DNA of 64,000 bases from Candidatus Moraniibacteriota bacterium. Lineage in GTDB: Bacteria > Patescibacteriota > Minisyncoccia > Moranbacterales > UBA1568. A program made the translations under genes and the position numbers. The stretch spans positions 98,761-162,760 of the forward strand of contig JAQTRS010000001.1 of NCBI GenBank assembly GCA_028711705.1. Direction: 5' to 3'. The notes under the pieces are model-generated. The model saw only the letters and a list, made by a program, of their open reading frames with translations. It was not told the origin of the DNA and did no database searches. Below are positions 48,289 through 58,000 of this stretch, one piece after another; position 1 is the stretch's first letter; each line of letters starts with the position of its first letter.

Positions 48289-49527
48289 ATGTCAATCAAA
48301 AAAATCCTGCTCGCAACGCGGCCGCTCACTCCTCCTTGGGACGAAGCTTCCAAAAATTTCGCGTATTTCCTCGCTAAGAGCATCAAAGATCCGGAATTGC
48401 AGATGAATATCCTTACCACGTCGACTCCGCTCGATGGCTTGGGAGACAATGTCGTATCACACCCTATATTCCCCCTCTACGATGCCTCGCGCGCCGGGCA
48501 TTCTTTCTCACAAAAAGTTATCCTTTCAAAATACCTCTTTACTGAAAGCCACCGCTACGATATCGTGCACTACCTTTTCACACCGACCGCGCTCAATTCA
48601 GCCCTCATCAGAAATTTCACCTATCGACGTCCGAAAACCGTACAGACCATCGCTACATTACGCGAGGATTTGTACGGGCCGAAAGACTGGAAGAAAATGC
48701 TATTCGCCGATCGTATCGTAACCTATTCGGATTATTCCAAAAGAAAGCTCGAGGCGAACGGATTTACAGGAATCGAACGTATTTACCCGGGAATAGACCT
48801 CGACCTCTATGCTCCGAAACCGAAAAACGAAGAGGCTCTCAAGCACTTCGATCTTACACGTGAAGATGTTGTCGTGATGTATCCGGGAGAATATGTCCGC
48901 CTCGGCGCAACCGATATGCTCGTAGAGATGCTCATTACATATTTAAAATCACAATCTTCTGATTGTCATCCCGAGCTTGTCGAGGGATCTTCCCAGATAG
49001 AAACAGATTCCTCCACTACGGTCGGAATGACACGTGCAAAAACCATCACATTCATCTTCGGTTGCCGGATTAAAAACGAAGCGGATCAAAAGAAAAAAGA
49101 CGAAGTTGTCGCCAAACTCACCCAGGCAGGCATCATCGACTGCGTCAGATTCACCGACACCTGGAAAGATATGCCGACGCTCTACAATCTTTCTGATATC
49201 GTCATCTTTCCGGTCGAGAATATGCGTGGAAAATTCGATATCCCACTCGCCATCATCGAAGCCTATGCCTGCGGAAAGCCGGTCATTCTCTCTGATCTGG
49301 AGATTTTCCAAGAGTTCTCCTCGCCGGAATTTTCCGTCACCATTCCTTTGGCACGCCAAAGCCTAAGCGAAGGCGGCCGCACCCTCTGGCAAACCATCCT
49401 TGACCTGCAATCCGATGAATCAAAAAGAAAAAGGCTCGGCACAAATGCACGAACTTTTACTGAGCAATTCTTCGATTTAAAGAATACCGCTCAAAGCTAC
49501 GAAAGGTTATATGCTTCACTGCAGTAG
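48289..49527 (+). CDS. GT4 glycosyltransferase
   Basis: PPWDEASKN, IYPGIDL, D..IFP, PL.IIEA.ACGKPVI.SD; start ATG 48289. Confidence 0.88.
   Translation: MSIKKILLATRPLTPPWDEASKNFAYFLAKSIKDPELQMNILTTSTPLDGLGDNVVSHPIFPLYDASRAGHSFSQKVILSKYLFTESHRYDIVHYLFTPTALNSALIRNFTYRRPKTVQTIATLREDLYGPKDWKKMLFADRIVTYSDYSKRKLEANGFTGIERIYPGIDLDLYAPKPKNEEALKHFDLTREDVVVMYPGEYVRLGATDMLVEMLITYLKSQSSDCHPELVEGSSQIETDSSTTVGMTRAKTITFIFGCRIKNEADQKKKDEVVAKLTQAGIIDCVRFTDTWKDMPTLYNLSDIVIFPVENMRGKFDIPLAIIEAYACGKPVILSDLEIFQEFSSPEFSVTIPLARQSLSEGGRTLWQTILDLQSDESKRKRLGTNARTFTEQFFDLKNTAQSYERLYASLQ
48964..49032 (+). repeat. 69-nt palindromic repeat inserted in-frame in the GT4 gene
   Basis: TGTCATCCCGAGCTTGTCGAGGGATCT...AGATTCCTCCACTACGGTCGGAATGACA; encodes CHPELVEGS...DSSTTVGMT. 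Confidence 0.88.
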
Positions 49528-49716
49528 CCCTCTCGCTTAAAAGCAAGACGGGGGTACATCCACGTGTTTCAAACTCAAGGCTCAGGTTGCAAACCTGAAC
49601 TTGCGAAATAAAGTAAACATTGTAAAACCGTCATAAGAGCTCTTATGACGGTTTTTCGAACGTTATATCTTCGGAGTCTTAAAACCACAATTGAGCCAAA
49701 AGGCCAAAAAACATTA

Positions 49717-50010
49717 TCAAAAAAACGTATATGCATATGCTGGCACAACCGAACCAAAATCCATATCATCAAAACCACTTTGATTAATGTTTTTTTGTTT
49801 GGATATTTCCGCTTCATCTTGACAAAGCATAAGAACCATTCCGAAAAACAAAAGGAATAATCCTATGGCCACATGCCTTTCATAACTTATCCGAAACAGG
49901 TTTTCACCAAACGGAAGCATAAGAAATCCCAAACCGGAAATAATTCCGCAAAGAATGCCTCTCAAAAAACCTTTTGAATCTCTTGCATCGCCTTCTTTAT
50001 TCTCAAGCAT
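49717..50010 (-). CDS. Hypothetical small two-TM protein (AT-rich orphan)
   Basis: GAGGT SD, two hydrophobic segments; antisense within the glycan locus. Confidence 0.55.
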   Translation of the reverse strand: MLENKEGDARDSKGFLRGILCGIISGLGFLMLPFGENLFRISYERHVAIGLFLLFFGMVLMLCQDEAEISKQKNINQSGFDDMDFGSVVPAYAYTFF

Positions 50011-50135
50011 GATCTCTACCTCGATTTTTAAGTTTCAAAAATGGAAAAGGCTTTAAATAAACTTGCCCGTGACCATTGTTTCCTGGTATACTTCATATGT
50101 ATGCCAGCTTTCCAATATAGTATATATTCCTCTCT

Positions 50136-51722
50136 ATGTCAACCATAAAAATTGAGAAATTAGCCGAACATAAACAGCAGTTCCAGACGGAAAAAATGAA
50201 GGTTCCGGTGGTTTTACATATCAACGATGCGCTGCTTCCCGAAGAGTCCACGCTTTTGCAGCTGCAGTCCGTCGCGTCCAATGACTGTTGCTTTCATCAC
50301 ATCGCCGGCATGGCCGATGTTCACTCCAAACCCGGACGCAAAAACGCCACCGGCACAACCGTAGCTTCCGAAAAGTTCATCCTGCCTCAGGTCAACGATT
50401 CCGACCCGGCCTGCGGTATGCGTTTGGTCCGCACCAACCTGACCGAAGACAATATCACACCGGAGGAACTCGACAAACTTTTCAAGGAACTCGTCTACAA
50501 GGTACCCACCAAAAAATATGTCGGTACCTATATCCCCTTCCGCGTCGTCGTCGACATCTGCCGCAAGGGTATCGGTCCGCTTATCGATCACCTCGGCATC
50601 AAGACCAAATTCGAAAAGGAGAACGCCTTGGGAGGCGAGAACTTTTTTACCACCACTCGTCATCCCGAGCTTGTCAATGGATCTCCTCAAACAGAAATAG
50701 ATTCCTCCGCTACGGTCGGAATGACAAATGGAAGCGCCCCCTCCCGCCAAGACATCTTTAACATTATTCCCAAACTCTTCCTATTTTTCGCGCAATTCCG
50801 TCTCGGTATCTTAGGCGCAGCCGGCAACCACTTCCTTGACCTCATGAAGGTCACGGACATTGAGGACGAGGAAACCGCGCAGAAACTGGGCATCAAAAAA
50901 GGCCAGTACCTCTTCATGGTGCACTGCGGATCAGGCATACTCGGGCAGTACACGATGTATATGTATACCGCCAAGAAACGCGAACACCTCTCGACCGCTA
51001 TCCTCATGAATATCGGGCGCTTCTTCTGGAGCACGCCGTACAGAAAAACCATCGACCTGATCGCCAAGAAAATACGCGAATCGGACTTCGGAAAGAAAGA
51101 GCCGCTTATCACCTTCGATGGCGAGGGCGACGACGGGAAAATGTATATGGCGGCCCGCAATGCCTGCTCCAACTTCGCCCATGCCAATCGCGCCGTTATC
51201 ACGCACAATGTCGGCGAAACGATCCAGAGAGTGCTCGGCCGCGACGCAGGGCTTGAGCTTCTCTATGACATGCCGCATATCCTCGTGAGTAAAGAGGAGC
51301 ACTTCGGCAAAAATATCTGGGTGCACCGCAACGGGACCTCACGCGCCTATGGCCCATCCCGCATGAAAGAGCATCCGCTCTTCAGCCAGACCGGCGAACC
51401 CGCCTTCATCCCGTCCTCCATGAGCACCGAAGCCTATATCTGCGTCGGTACCGACCACAACGAATCCAGCTTCTTCTCCTGCAACCACGGCGCCGGAAAA
51501 GCCGCTAAAAAAACGGAAGATATCGTCCCGGAAAGCCAAGAGGAGCTCCGCAAAAAACTTAAGTCCAAGGGAGTCCAGCTCTATAACGGTCAGTCCAAGA
51601 AAGTCATCGAGCAGGACTCCTCGCACTACAAGCGCATCGAGGATGTCATCGCCGGAGCCAAGGCGAACAATATCGTAAAGCCCATCGCCAAGATGCAGCC
51701 GATTTCGATCATCATGTACTAA
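50136..51722 (+). CDS. Divergent RtcB-family protein
   Basis: MADVH, DPACGMRL, LG.LG..GNHFL, VHCGS, YDMPH, VHRNG..RA, P.SM, SCNHGAG, YK.I..V. Confidence 0.85.
   Translation: MSTIKIEKLAEHKQQFQTEKMKVPVVLHINDALLPEESTLLQLQSVASNDCCFHHIAGMADVHSKPGRKNATGTTVASEKFILPQVNDSDPACGMRLVRTNLTEDNITPEELDKLFKELVYKVPTKKYVGTYIPFRVVVDICRKGIGPLIDHLGIKTKFEKENALGGENFFTTTRHPELVNGSPQTEIDSSATVGMTNGSAPSRQDIFNIIPKLFLFFAQFRLGILGAAGNHFLDLMKVTDIEDEETAQKLGIKKGQYLFMVHCGSGILGQYTMYMYTAKKREHLSTAILMNIGRFFWSTPYRKTIDLIAKKIRESDFGKKEPLITFDGEGDDGKMYMAARNACSNFAHANRAVITHNVGETIQRVLGRDAGLELLYDMPHILVSKEEHFGKNIWVHRNGTSRAYGPSRMKEHPLFSQTGEPAFIPSSMSTEAYICVGTDHNESSFFSCNHGAGKAAKKTEDIVPESQEELRKKLKSKGVQLYNGQSKKVIEQDSSHYKRIEDVIAGAKANNIVKPIAKMQPISIIMY
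50658..50726 (+). repeat. 69-nt palindromic repeat inserted in-frame in the RtcB-like gene
   Basis: CGTCATCCCGAGCTTGTCAATGGATCT...AGATTCCTCCGCTACGGTCGGAATGACA; encodes RHPELVNGS...DSSATVGMT. Confidence 0.88.
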
Positions 51723-51730
51723 AAATGATG

Positions 51731-51762
51731 AAGGACTGACGCATATTATGTGTCAGTCCTTT
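51731..51762. terminator. Terminator hairpin after the RtcB-like gene
   Basis: AAGGACTGACGCATA/TATGTGTCAGTCCTT stem. Confidence 0.7.
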
Positions 51763-51781
51763 GGCTGCTCTGAGTATCGTT

Positions 51782-51952
51782 TCAATGGGAATTGAGCTCC
51801 CACAATACTTGGAGGAAAATCGCTTGCCACAGCGACGGAGGGATTGTCCTTTTCGGACGTCTGCCCCTCTCATCCTGCTTCGCAATCTCCCCTGCTTCTT
51901 TATTGGTAATATGTATCGCCCTTATTCTTGGATCAGTCGTATGATGCAGCAT
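51782..51952 (-). CDS. Hypothetical 56-aa protein (orphan)
   Basis: GGAGGT SD 5 nt before ATG 51952 (MLHHTTDPRIR...), ends just before the 51731-51762 hairpin. Confidence 0.45.
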   Translation of the reverse strand: MLHHTTDPRIRAIHITNKEAGEIAKQDERGRRPKRTIPPSLWQAIFLQVLWELNSH

Positions 51953-52024
51953 AGAACACCTCCGCTTGTTGAAAATACAAAAACACTCGCCTCTCTTGTA
52001 TAGCATAAACCATAAGCCACGTCA

Positions 52025-52636
52025 ATGACTCAATTCATTACCCTCTCGGGTGTCGACGGTTCCGGAAAATCCACGCAGCTCAAACTCCTCAAAGAGCATC
52101 TGGAGCAGGAGCACAAAGAAGTCTTCTACTTCCATGCCATCGAGTTTTCGCTCGCCAACCGTTTGGCTCGCATTCTCAAAAGAAAAGAGGCATTCGTCCC
52201 CGGATCCGAAAAGGCCTCGACACAAAGCTCCTGGACCGCTCTGCAATTGCGCAAGATCTTCTTGCTTATCGATATCCTCCGTTTCAAATGGCTGCTGCGA
52301 AAACTGACACGGAAGCGCTACGACTATATCCTTTCGGACCGGTATTTCTATGACTCGGTCATAAATATCCTCTACCTCTCCAAAAGCGATGGCACGCTCT
52401 TTCTCGAGCGCTTCATCCCTCGTCCGGACCGAGCTATCTATCTTCGGATCAGCGCGGAAGAAATCATGCAACGGGAACGCGTTCCTGAGCAGGGCATCAA
52501 CTATCTCAAAAACAAAATCGCCCTTTTTGAACAAAAAAAAGGCGTCTTTGGATTATTATCCGTCGACGCCTCTCAGACCGTGCCAGTGTTATTGAATACC
52601 ATTATTTCCTTAGTTCTCTTCCATCCATGGCGCTGA
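52025..52636 (+). CDS. Thymidylate-kinase-like P-loop kinase
   Basis: SGVDGSGKSTQ Walker A, LSDRY, P.PD..IYL. Confidence 0.8.
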   Translation: MTQFITLSGVDGSGKSTQLKLLKEHLEQEHKEVFYFHAIEFSLANRLARILKRKEAFVPGSEKASTQSSWTALQLRKIFLLIDILRFKWLLRKLTRKRYDYILSDRYFYDSVINILYLSKSDGTLFLERFIPRPDRAIYLRISAEEIMQRERVPEQGINYLKNKIALFEQKKGVFGLLSVDASQTVPVLLNTIISLVLFHPWR

Positions 52637-52819
52637 AAATGGCTCTTGCGGTGACAAGTCCTTTGCAACGAAGATACTAACCAATGAAATTATTGGCAGC
52701 ATACCGCCAAAAGCGGCCCACCTGAGTGCATGTCTTTTTTTGGCCACTGCTGTAGCAGTGGTGAAGTATGCCAATCCCGCCCATGCAAGAGCGAGCCATC
52801 CTACAAACAACGTGGTCAT
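52610..52819 (-). CDS. Hypothetical small two-TM protein (orphan)
   Basis: AGGAGGT SD; overlaps the 3' end of the kinase by 27 nt. Confidence 0.55.
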   Translation of the reverse strand: MTTLFVGWLALAWAGLAYFTTATAVAKKRHALRWAAFGGMLPIISLVSIFVAKDLSPQEPFSAPWMEEN

Positions 52820-52919
52820 GATAACCTCCTACCGAGTTGTAAAAAAATACCCTGCTGTTACAATGAGGATAGCATCCTCATCTAACCTGCTGCGGCGAGT
52901 ATAGCATATAAAAACCCCT

Positions 52920-54383
52920 ATGTCAAGACAAACGGCGATCAAATCCATCTTTTGGCTTACTTTCTCGGAAATCCTCTTCAATCTTTCGGGCTACATCATC
53001 CACGCAGTGGCAGGCCGCACCCTAGGACCGGCCGACTATGGCCGCTACAGCCTCGTCATCACACTCACTACCGTCATCGTCGTGCTCATCGGCAACGGCA
53101 TCCCGACCGCCATGTCCAGATACCTCAGCGAAGCGTTCGAAAAAAACCCGGCGCTGGTGTTGGCCATCAAAAAGCAGAGCATCCGATTGCAGTCGCTTCT
53201 CATGGGAGGCGTGACCGTCGTGTTCTTCCTGGCCTCACCGCTTATAGCAGAAGCCCTCAATGATCCGACGCTCACACCGCTTTTCAGGCTTTCAGCCTTC
53301 ATCATCCCGGCCTTCGCCGCCGCCTCTTTCTATTTCTCCTATTTCACCGGGCTCCACCTCTTCAATAACCAATCGATCCTCAAATCCTTCCGCTCCGTCG
53401 CCCGCATCACCGTGACCGTCGGACTCGTCCTGACGTTCGGGCTAAAGGGTGCTATCGCCGGCTATATCCTCGCCCCGCTCCTCACCTTTTTCCTCGGCCT
53501 CTACCTGGACAGTAAGGTCTTTGCCAAAGACTACGCGCGCCTCACGCCCGACCAGACCTTCCCCTACCAAAAACTCCTCTACTACGCCTGGCCCATCACC
53601 CTCTTCATGCTGTTCTATGAAATCTTCGTCTCCGTGGATCTCTACCTCATCAAATCCATCCTCAGGGACGATGTCGCGACCGGGCTCTATAATGCCGCAC
53701 TCACCATCGGGCGTATCCCGTACTATCTTTTCTATGCGCTTTCCATTTTCCTCCTCCCGGCGCTCGCTAAGATAAAATCCGAAAACGACACCAGGAAAAT
53801 AAGCCAGGTCATGACCCAATCGCTTCGCTACGCAGGCATCATACTCCTCCCGACCTATATCCTCATCGTTGCCTATGCGACGCCGCTCACAGAGCTTTTC
53901 TTCGGCAACAAATACATCGCTGCTACGCCTGTGCTCCAGGTCCTCGTGCTCGGCCTGAGCTTCCTGACCGTTTTTTATCTCCTTTGTTCCGCATTCAACG
54001 GCATCGGACATGCCAGGCTTTCGATGTGGCTTTCCATCATCGGGACTTTCTTCAATATCATCCTCAACTACATCCTCATCCGGCAATCCGGCATCATGGG
54101 CGCCGCCTATGCCACCACCATCAGCGCTGCTGTCACCACCGCCATAGCGCTTATCATCTCACAACGATACATCCCGCTCACGCTTCACTGGTCAAGCATT
54201 ATCAAGACCCTGCTCGTATCCGGTGCCCTCTGGCTCATCGTATCGGCATTCCCGGCACACGACTGGCTCTTCATCCCGTACAGCCTCGTCTTTGGCGCAC
54301 TCTACACCCTCGCGCTCATACACCTGAACGTTATCACCAAAGAGGATATGGCTCGCTTCCAGAAAAAAAAGAGTCTCGCGTGA
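52920..54383 (+). CDS. wzx: Wzx/PST-family oligosaccharide flippase
   Basis: R.LGP.DYG.YS, D..LIK, G.YNAA, LN.ILI...GI.GAA.AT; many TMs. Confidence 0.9.
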   Translation: MSRQTAIKSIFWLTFSEILFNLSGYIIHAVAGRTLGPADYGRYSLVITLTTVIVVLIGNGIPTAMSRYLSEAFEKNPALVLAIKKQSIRLQSLLMGGVTVVFFLASPLIAEALNDPTLTPLFRLSAFIIPAFAAASFYFSYFTGLHLFNNQSILKSFRSVARITVTVGLVLTFGLKGAIAGYILAPLLTFFLGLYLDSKVFAKDYARLTPDQTFPYQKLLYYAWPITLFMLFYEIFVSVDLYLIKSILRDDVATGLYNAALTIGRIPYYLFYALSIFLLPALAKIKSENDTRKISQVMTQSLRYAGIILLPTYILIVAYATPLTELFFGNKYIAATPVLQVLVLGLSFLTVFYLLCSAFNGIGHARLSMWLSIIGTFFNIILNYILIRQSGIMGAAYATTISAAVTTAIALIISQRYIPLTLHWSSIIKTLLVSGALWLIVSAFPAHDWLFIPYSLVFGALYTLALIHLNVITKEDMARFQKKKSLA

Positions 54384-54421
54384 CATTGCATCGCAAGACT
54401 CTCCCTATTATCGGAATCTAT

Positions 54422-54841
54422 TCAAGATTCAGTTCTTCTGATTACCTCGCACGGTACCCTAGCGACCCTGCGAGCATGTTCCCGTTCATAGGTCTCGCAA
54501 ACACACACCCATTGTTTATGAAGGTCTTGTGTCCGTAATTTCTTCTTTATCTTATCCCGTACATGCATCGTTTCCTTTTTATGCCGACAGGCAGCATCGC
54601 TATCGGATTGTCCGGGGTTGTCAAGATCGTGGAGATTCATAATCTTGATGGTCTGCGTCAGATGATACGCGATATCCCCAAGATCGATGACGATATTTTG
54701 CTCATAATTGAACAAAAGATTCCCCAATTCAAACCGATTATCGCGTAAAGCCTTCAAGATAGGCTTATCCGCGTCAACCATGTCCGAAAACACATCTCTG
54801 ATTGCCGACACGAACCATTCAGGATACACGAGCTTGCTCAT
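54422..54841 (-). CDS. Hypothetical protein (orphan)
   Basis: 139 aa, AAGGAG SD. Confidence 0.65.
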   Translation of the reverse strand: MSKLVYPEWFVSAIRDVFSDMVDADKPILKALRDNRFELGNLLFNYEQNIVIDLGDIAYHLTQTIKIMNLHDLDNPGQSDSDAACRHKKETMHVRDKIKKKLRTQDLHKQWVCVCETYEREHARRVARVPCEVIRRTES

Positions 54842-55053
54842 GGATCGCTCCTTTTATAAAGTAACCTAACATTGCACATTCGCACAATACCGTATCTCTT
54901 TTTGAGATACCGATAGGATAATACGCCGCCACCCTTTCGTCAAGAGCCATGCCGACGCGTCCATTCATGCAAAAATATCTATTTTTCAGCCGAAGCTGGC
55001 TTTTTTTGGCAATCAATGCTATACTTTCCCCTTACCGGTAACAGCCCTCTATC

Positions 55054-58000
55054 ATGTCCGAAATCCCCTTCAACAAACAGAAACTGACCGATCAGCTCCG
55101 AAGCTTCTTCGGCGGTGTCATGTTTCATAGCGGCAGAGAATTCCTCGAGCAAAATACTGCCCCAAATATCAGTGTCATAAAAACGAACTCGCCCGAAAAG
55201 ATACAGATCGAAGCGACGATACGAGACGGCAGCGAACATAAGACCAGCCTCAAATTCAATTTCCAAACCGGGCAATTCAGCCATTCCCGCTGCTCTTGCC
55301 CCTATGACTGGACGACCTGCAAGCACGCCGCGGCCCTGGGCCTTTCCTTCGTTCAGAATGCCGAAACGCTCTTGAACTCCGAAGATGCCATCGACAGCAA
55401 ACTGACAGAAACGAACCATCGCAGCAAACCCAAGAAGGCCCAAGCCGCTCAGTCGGTGCATATCAATAAGAATGCGCTTGAGCTCCGGAAAATAAGCGGG
55501 CCCTCCACAGTTTCCTCATCGACAGGTTACTATCTCGTCATCGGCACACGCTACTCGCTCAGCATAGACATATACCTGAACACGGAAGGAGTGTGGAACA
55601 GCTGGCCTATCTCGCCGGAAACCATCCTGCAATCAAAAGAACATCGCCCCACAGCAAAACAGAAGGTATTGTTCGAATTTTTATGCACCGCACGCTCGCA
55701 AGAAGGCGCCATCGATCTCGGCAATCTCTTTTCGCTGCTTCGCGATTCGGACCTTCCGGTCTATCTGGGCAAGAAATCGAAAAAGAATTCTCTCGTTTTC
55801 ACGGACGCTCCCAAAAAAATAGCCGCCACCCTCTATGCGAAACAATCTCCGCGCGCCGGATTCGTAGGCAGTGCCCCGCACACGGATTTCGTATTGAGAA
55901 TCGATGAGCCGCTCTATGCCGAATCCATCGTGTATTCTTTCTTCGGCAAAAACCACCTCATCCTCATCCGCGAAAAGAAACGCTCCATCGAGATACATCC
56001 CCTTTCAAGCGACCTTTCGACCCTCGTAGCCGCCATCACACAGGAGGCCCGTGACAACGCCTATTCCTATGAGAACACCGCCCACACGGATGGATCGTAT
56101 CAATGGGAAACGGTTTTGGACGAGAAAAACATCCTCGATATCAATCGGATCATCACGGATTCTCAGGAGGCCTTCGACCTTGAAACGACGCTCACGCCGA
56201 ATTTTTATACCGAGCTATCGGATATCGCTGCGCCGCTCATATCCGTCGACTACGACAATACCAAACATACCCTCGTCGTACGGGCACTCATCGATTACGG
56301 CTTCTTCAAGATCGACATCGCGAGCACCATCTATAAGAGCATGCAGGGAGGCAAAACAGGATTCAAACGCAGCCTCATCAGCGGCCGAGAGAAGTATCAC
56401 ATCGCCGTCGATGGGAATATCATCCGCTATGCGCCTATCGACCACGAAAAAGAGGCGAATCTTTTCAAAAAATTCCATAGCGACAATCGCTACGGCTTCA
56501 CCAAGCGGATCAAATGCGTACGGAGCGGTTCCAAAAATATCACCGACTACCACAAAAATCACTGGCCGCATGTCCAAAAACTGGGCCATGCTATTGAATA
56601 TACCCGGCATGAACTGGATTTCTTCGAGGAGTCTTTCAAAGCGGATGTGCGCGTCGATATGGATGCCCAAAACGACTGGCTCACCTTCGATGTGAACTGC
56701 TACTGCGGGAAAGACCGCGTGACGCTGGAAGACCTGAAGCGCTACATCCACAATAAGGAAGAATTCATACGGATGGAAGACGGCCGCTTGATGCGGGTGT
56801 CCAATACAAAGGACCTGGAACGCTTCGTGCTTATGCTCGAAAGCTTTTATCAGAAAGAGAACGATCGTTTCGAGGGACGCGCCTATCACGCGCCGGAACT
56901 GGAAAACATCTTCACCAACTCCCCGTATTACAATACCAAGATCGAAAAAAGCTTCCAGAAATTCATGAAGGAAGCTCAGAGCGGAAGACCGATCGAAAAA
57001 GTGAAGCTCCCCGCTTCCGTTCAGAAAACGCTCCGGAAATACCAGAAAGAGGGGGTCCACTGGATGCACTTTCTCCGCAAGTACCGCTTTGCCGGCATCC
57101 TTGCCGACGACATGGGACTCGGGAAAACCCTTCAGACCCTGACGCTTTTGGAAATGAACAAAAAGACCGATAAGCCGTCCATCGTCATCTGCCCCAAGAC
57201 GCTCCTCTTCAACTGGGAGCAGGAGACCGCGAAGTTTTTCCCGAATATCAAGACCCTCCTCATCGAAGGGACGCCCAAGGAACGCGCCGAAAAGATACGG
57301 CACATAGCGGAATACGATCTTATCATCACCTCCTATCCGTCAATCAAGAAAGACTTCCCGACCTATGACAAACTCGGCATCCGCTTCCACTACTGCTTCA
57401 TCGACGAGGCGCAGTTCATGAAAAACCACAAGACGCAGAATGCTCAGGTGGTCAAAAGGATACCGGCCGACTACCGCCTCGCGCTCACGGGTACCCCGCT
57501 TGAGAACAATGTCTCGGAGATCTGGTCTATCTTCGATTTCCTCATGCCCGGATTTTTGGGAAACTACGCCACCTTCGTCAAAAAATTCCAAACACCGATC
57601 ATGAAAAACAACGATGCGCGGGCCCTGAATGAGCTTCAAAAGAAGGTCTCCTGCTTTATGCTGCGCCGCACCAAGGAAAAAGTGCTCAAGGAACTCCCGC
57701 CCAAAGTCGAACAAACCTTCGGCTGTGAGCTTGAAGAGGCACAGAACGTCCTCTATCAGGAAATCCTCGCCAATGTCAAAAGCAATATCTTCCAAACCGT
57801 TCAGGAAAAAGGCTTCGCCAAATCCCAGATCCACATCCTGGCCGGACTCACCAAATTACGGCAGGTCTGCAATCACCCGGCCCTTCTCCTAAAGGACGAG
57901 GACTTCGAAGCCTATGAATCCGCCAAACTCAAGATATTCGAGGAACTTATCGATGAGATCATCTCCTCCAATCGGAAGGTGCTCGTTTTCAGCCAATTCA

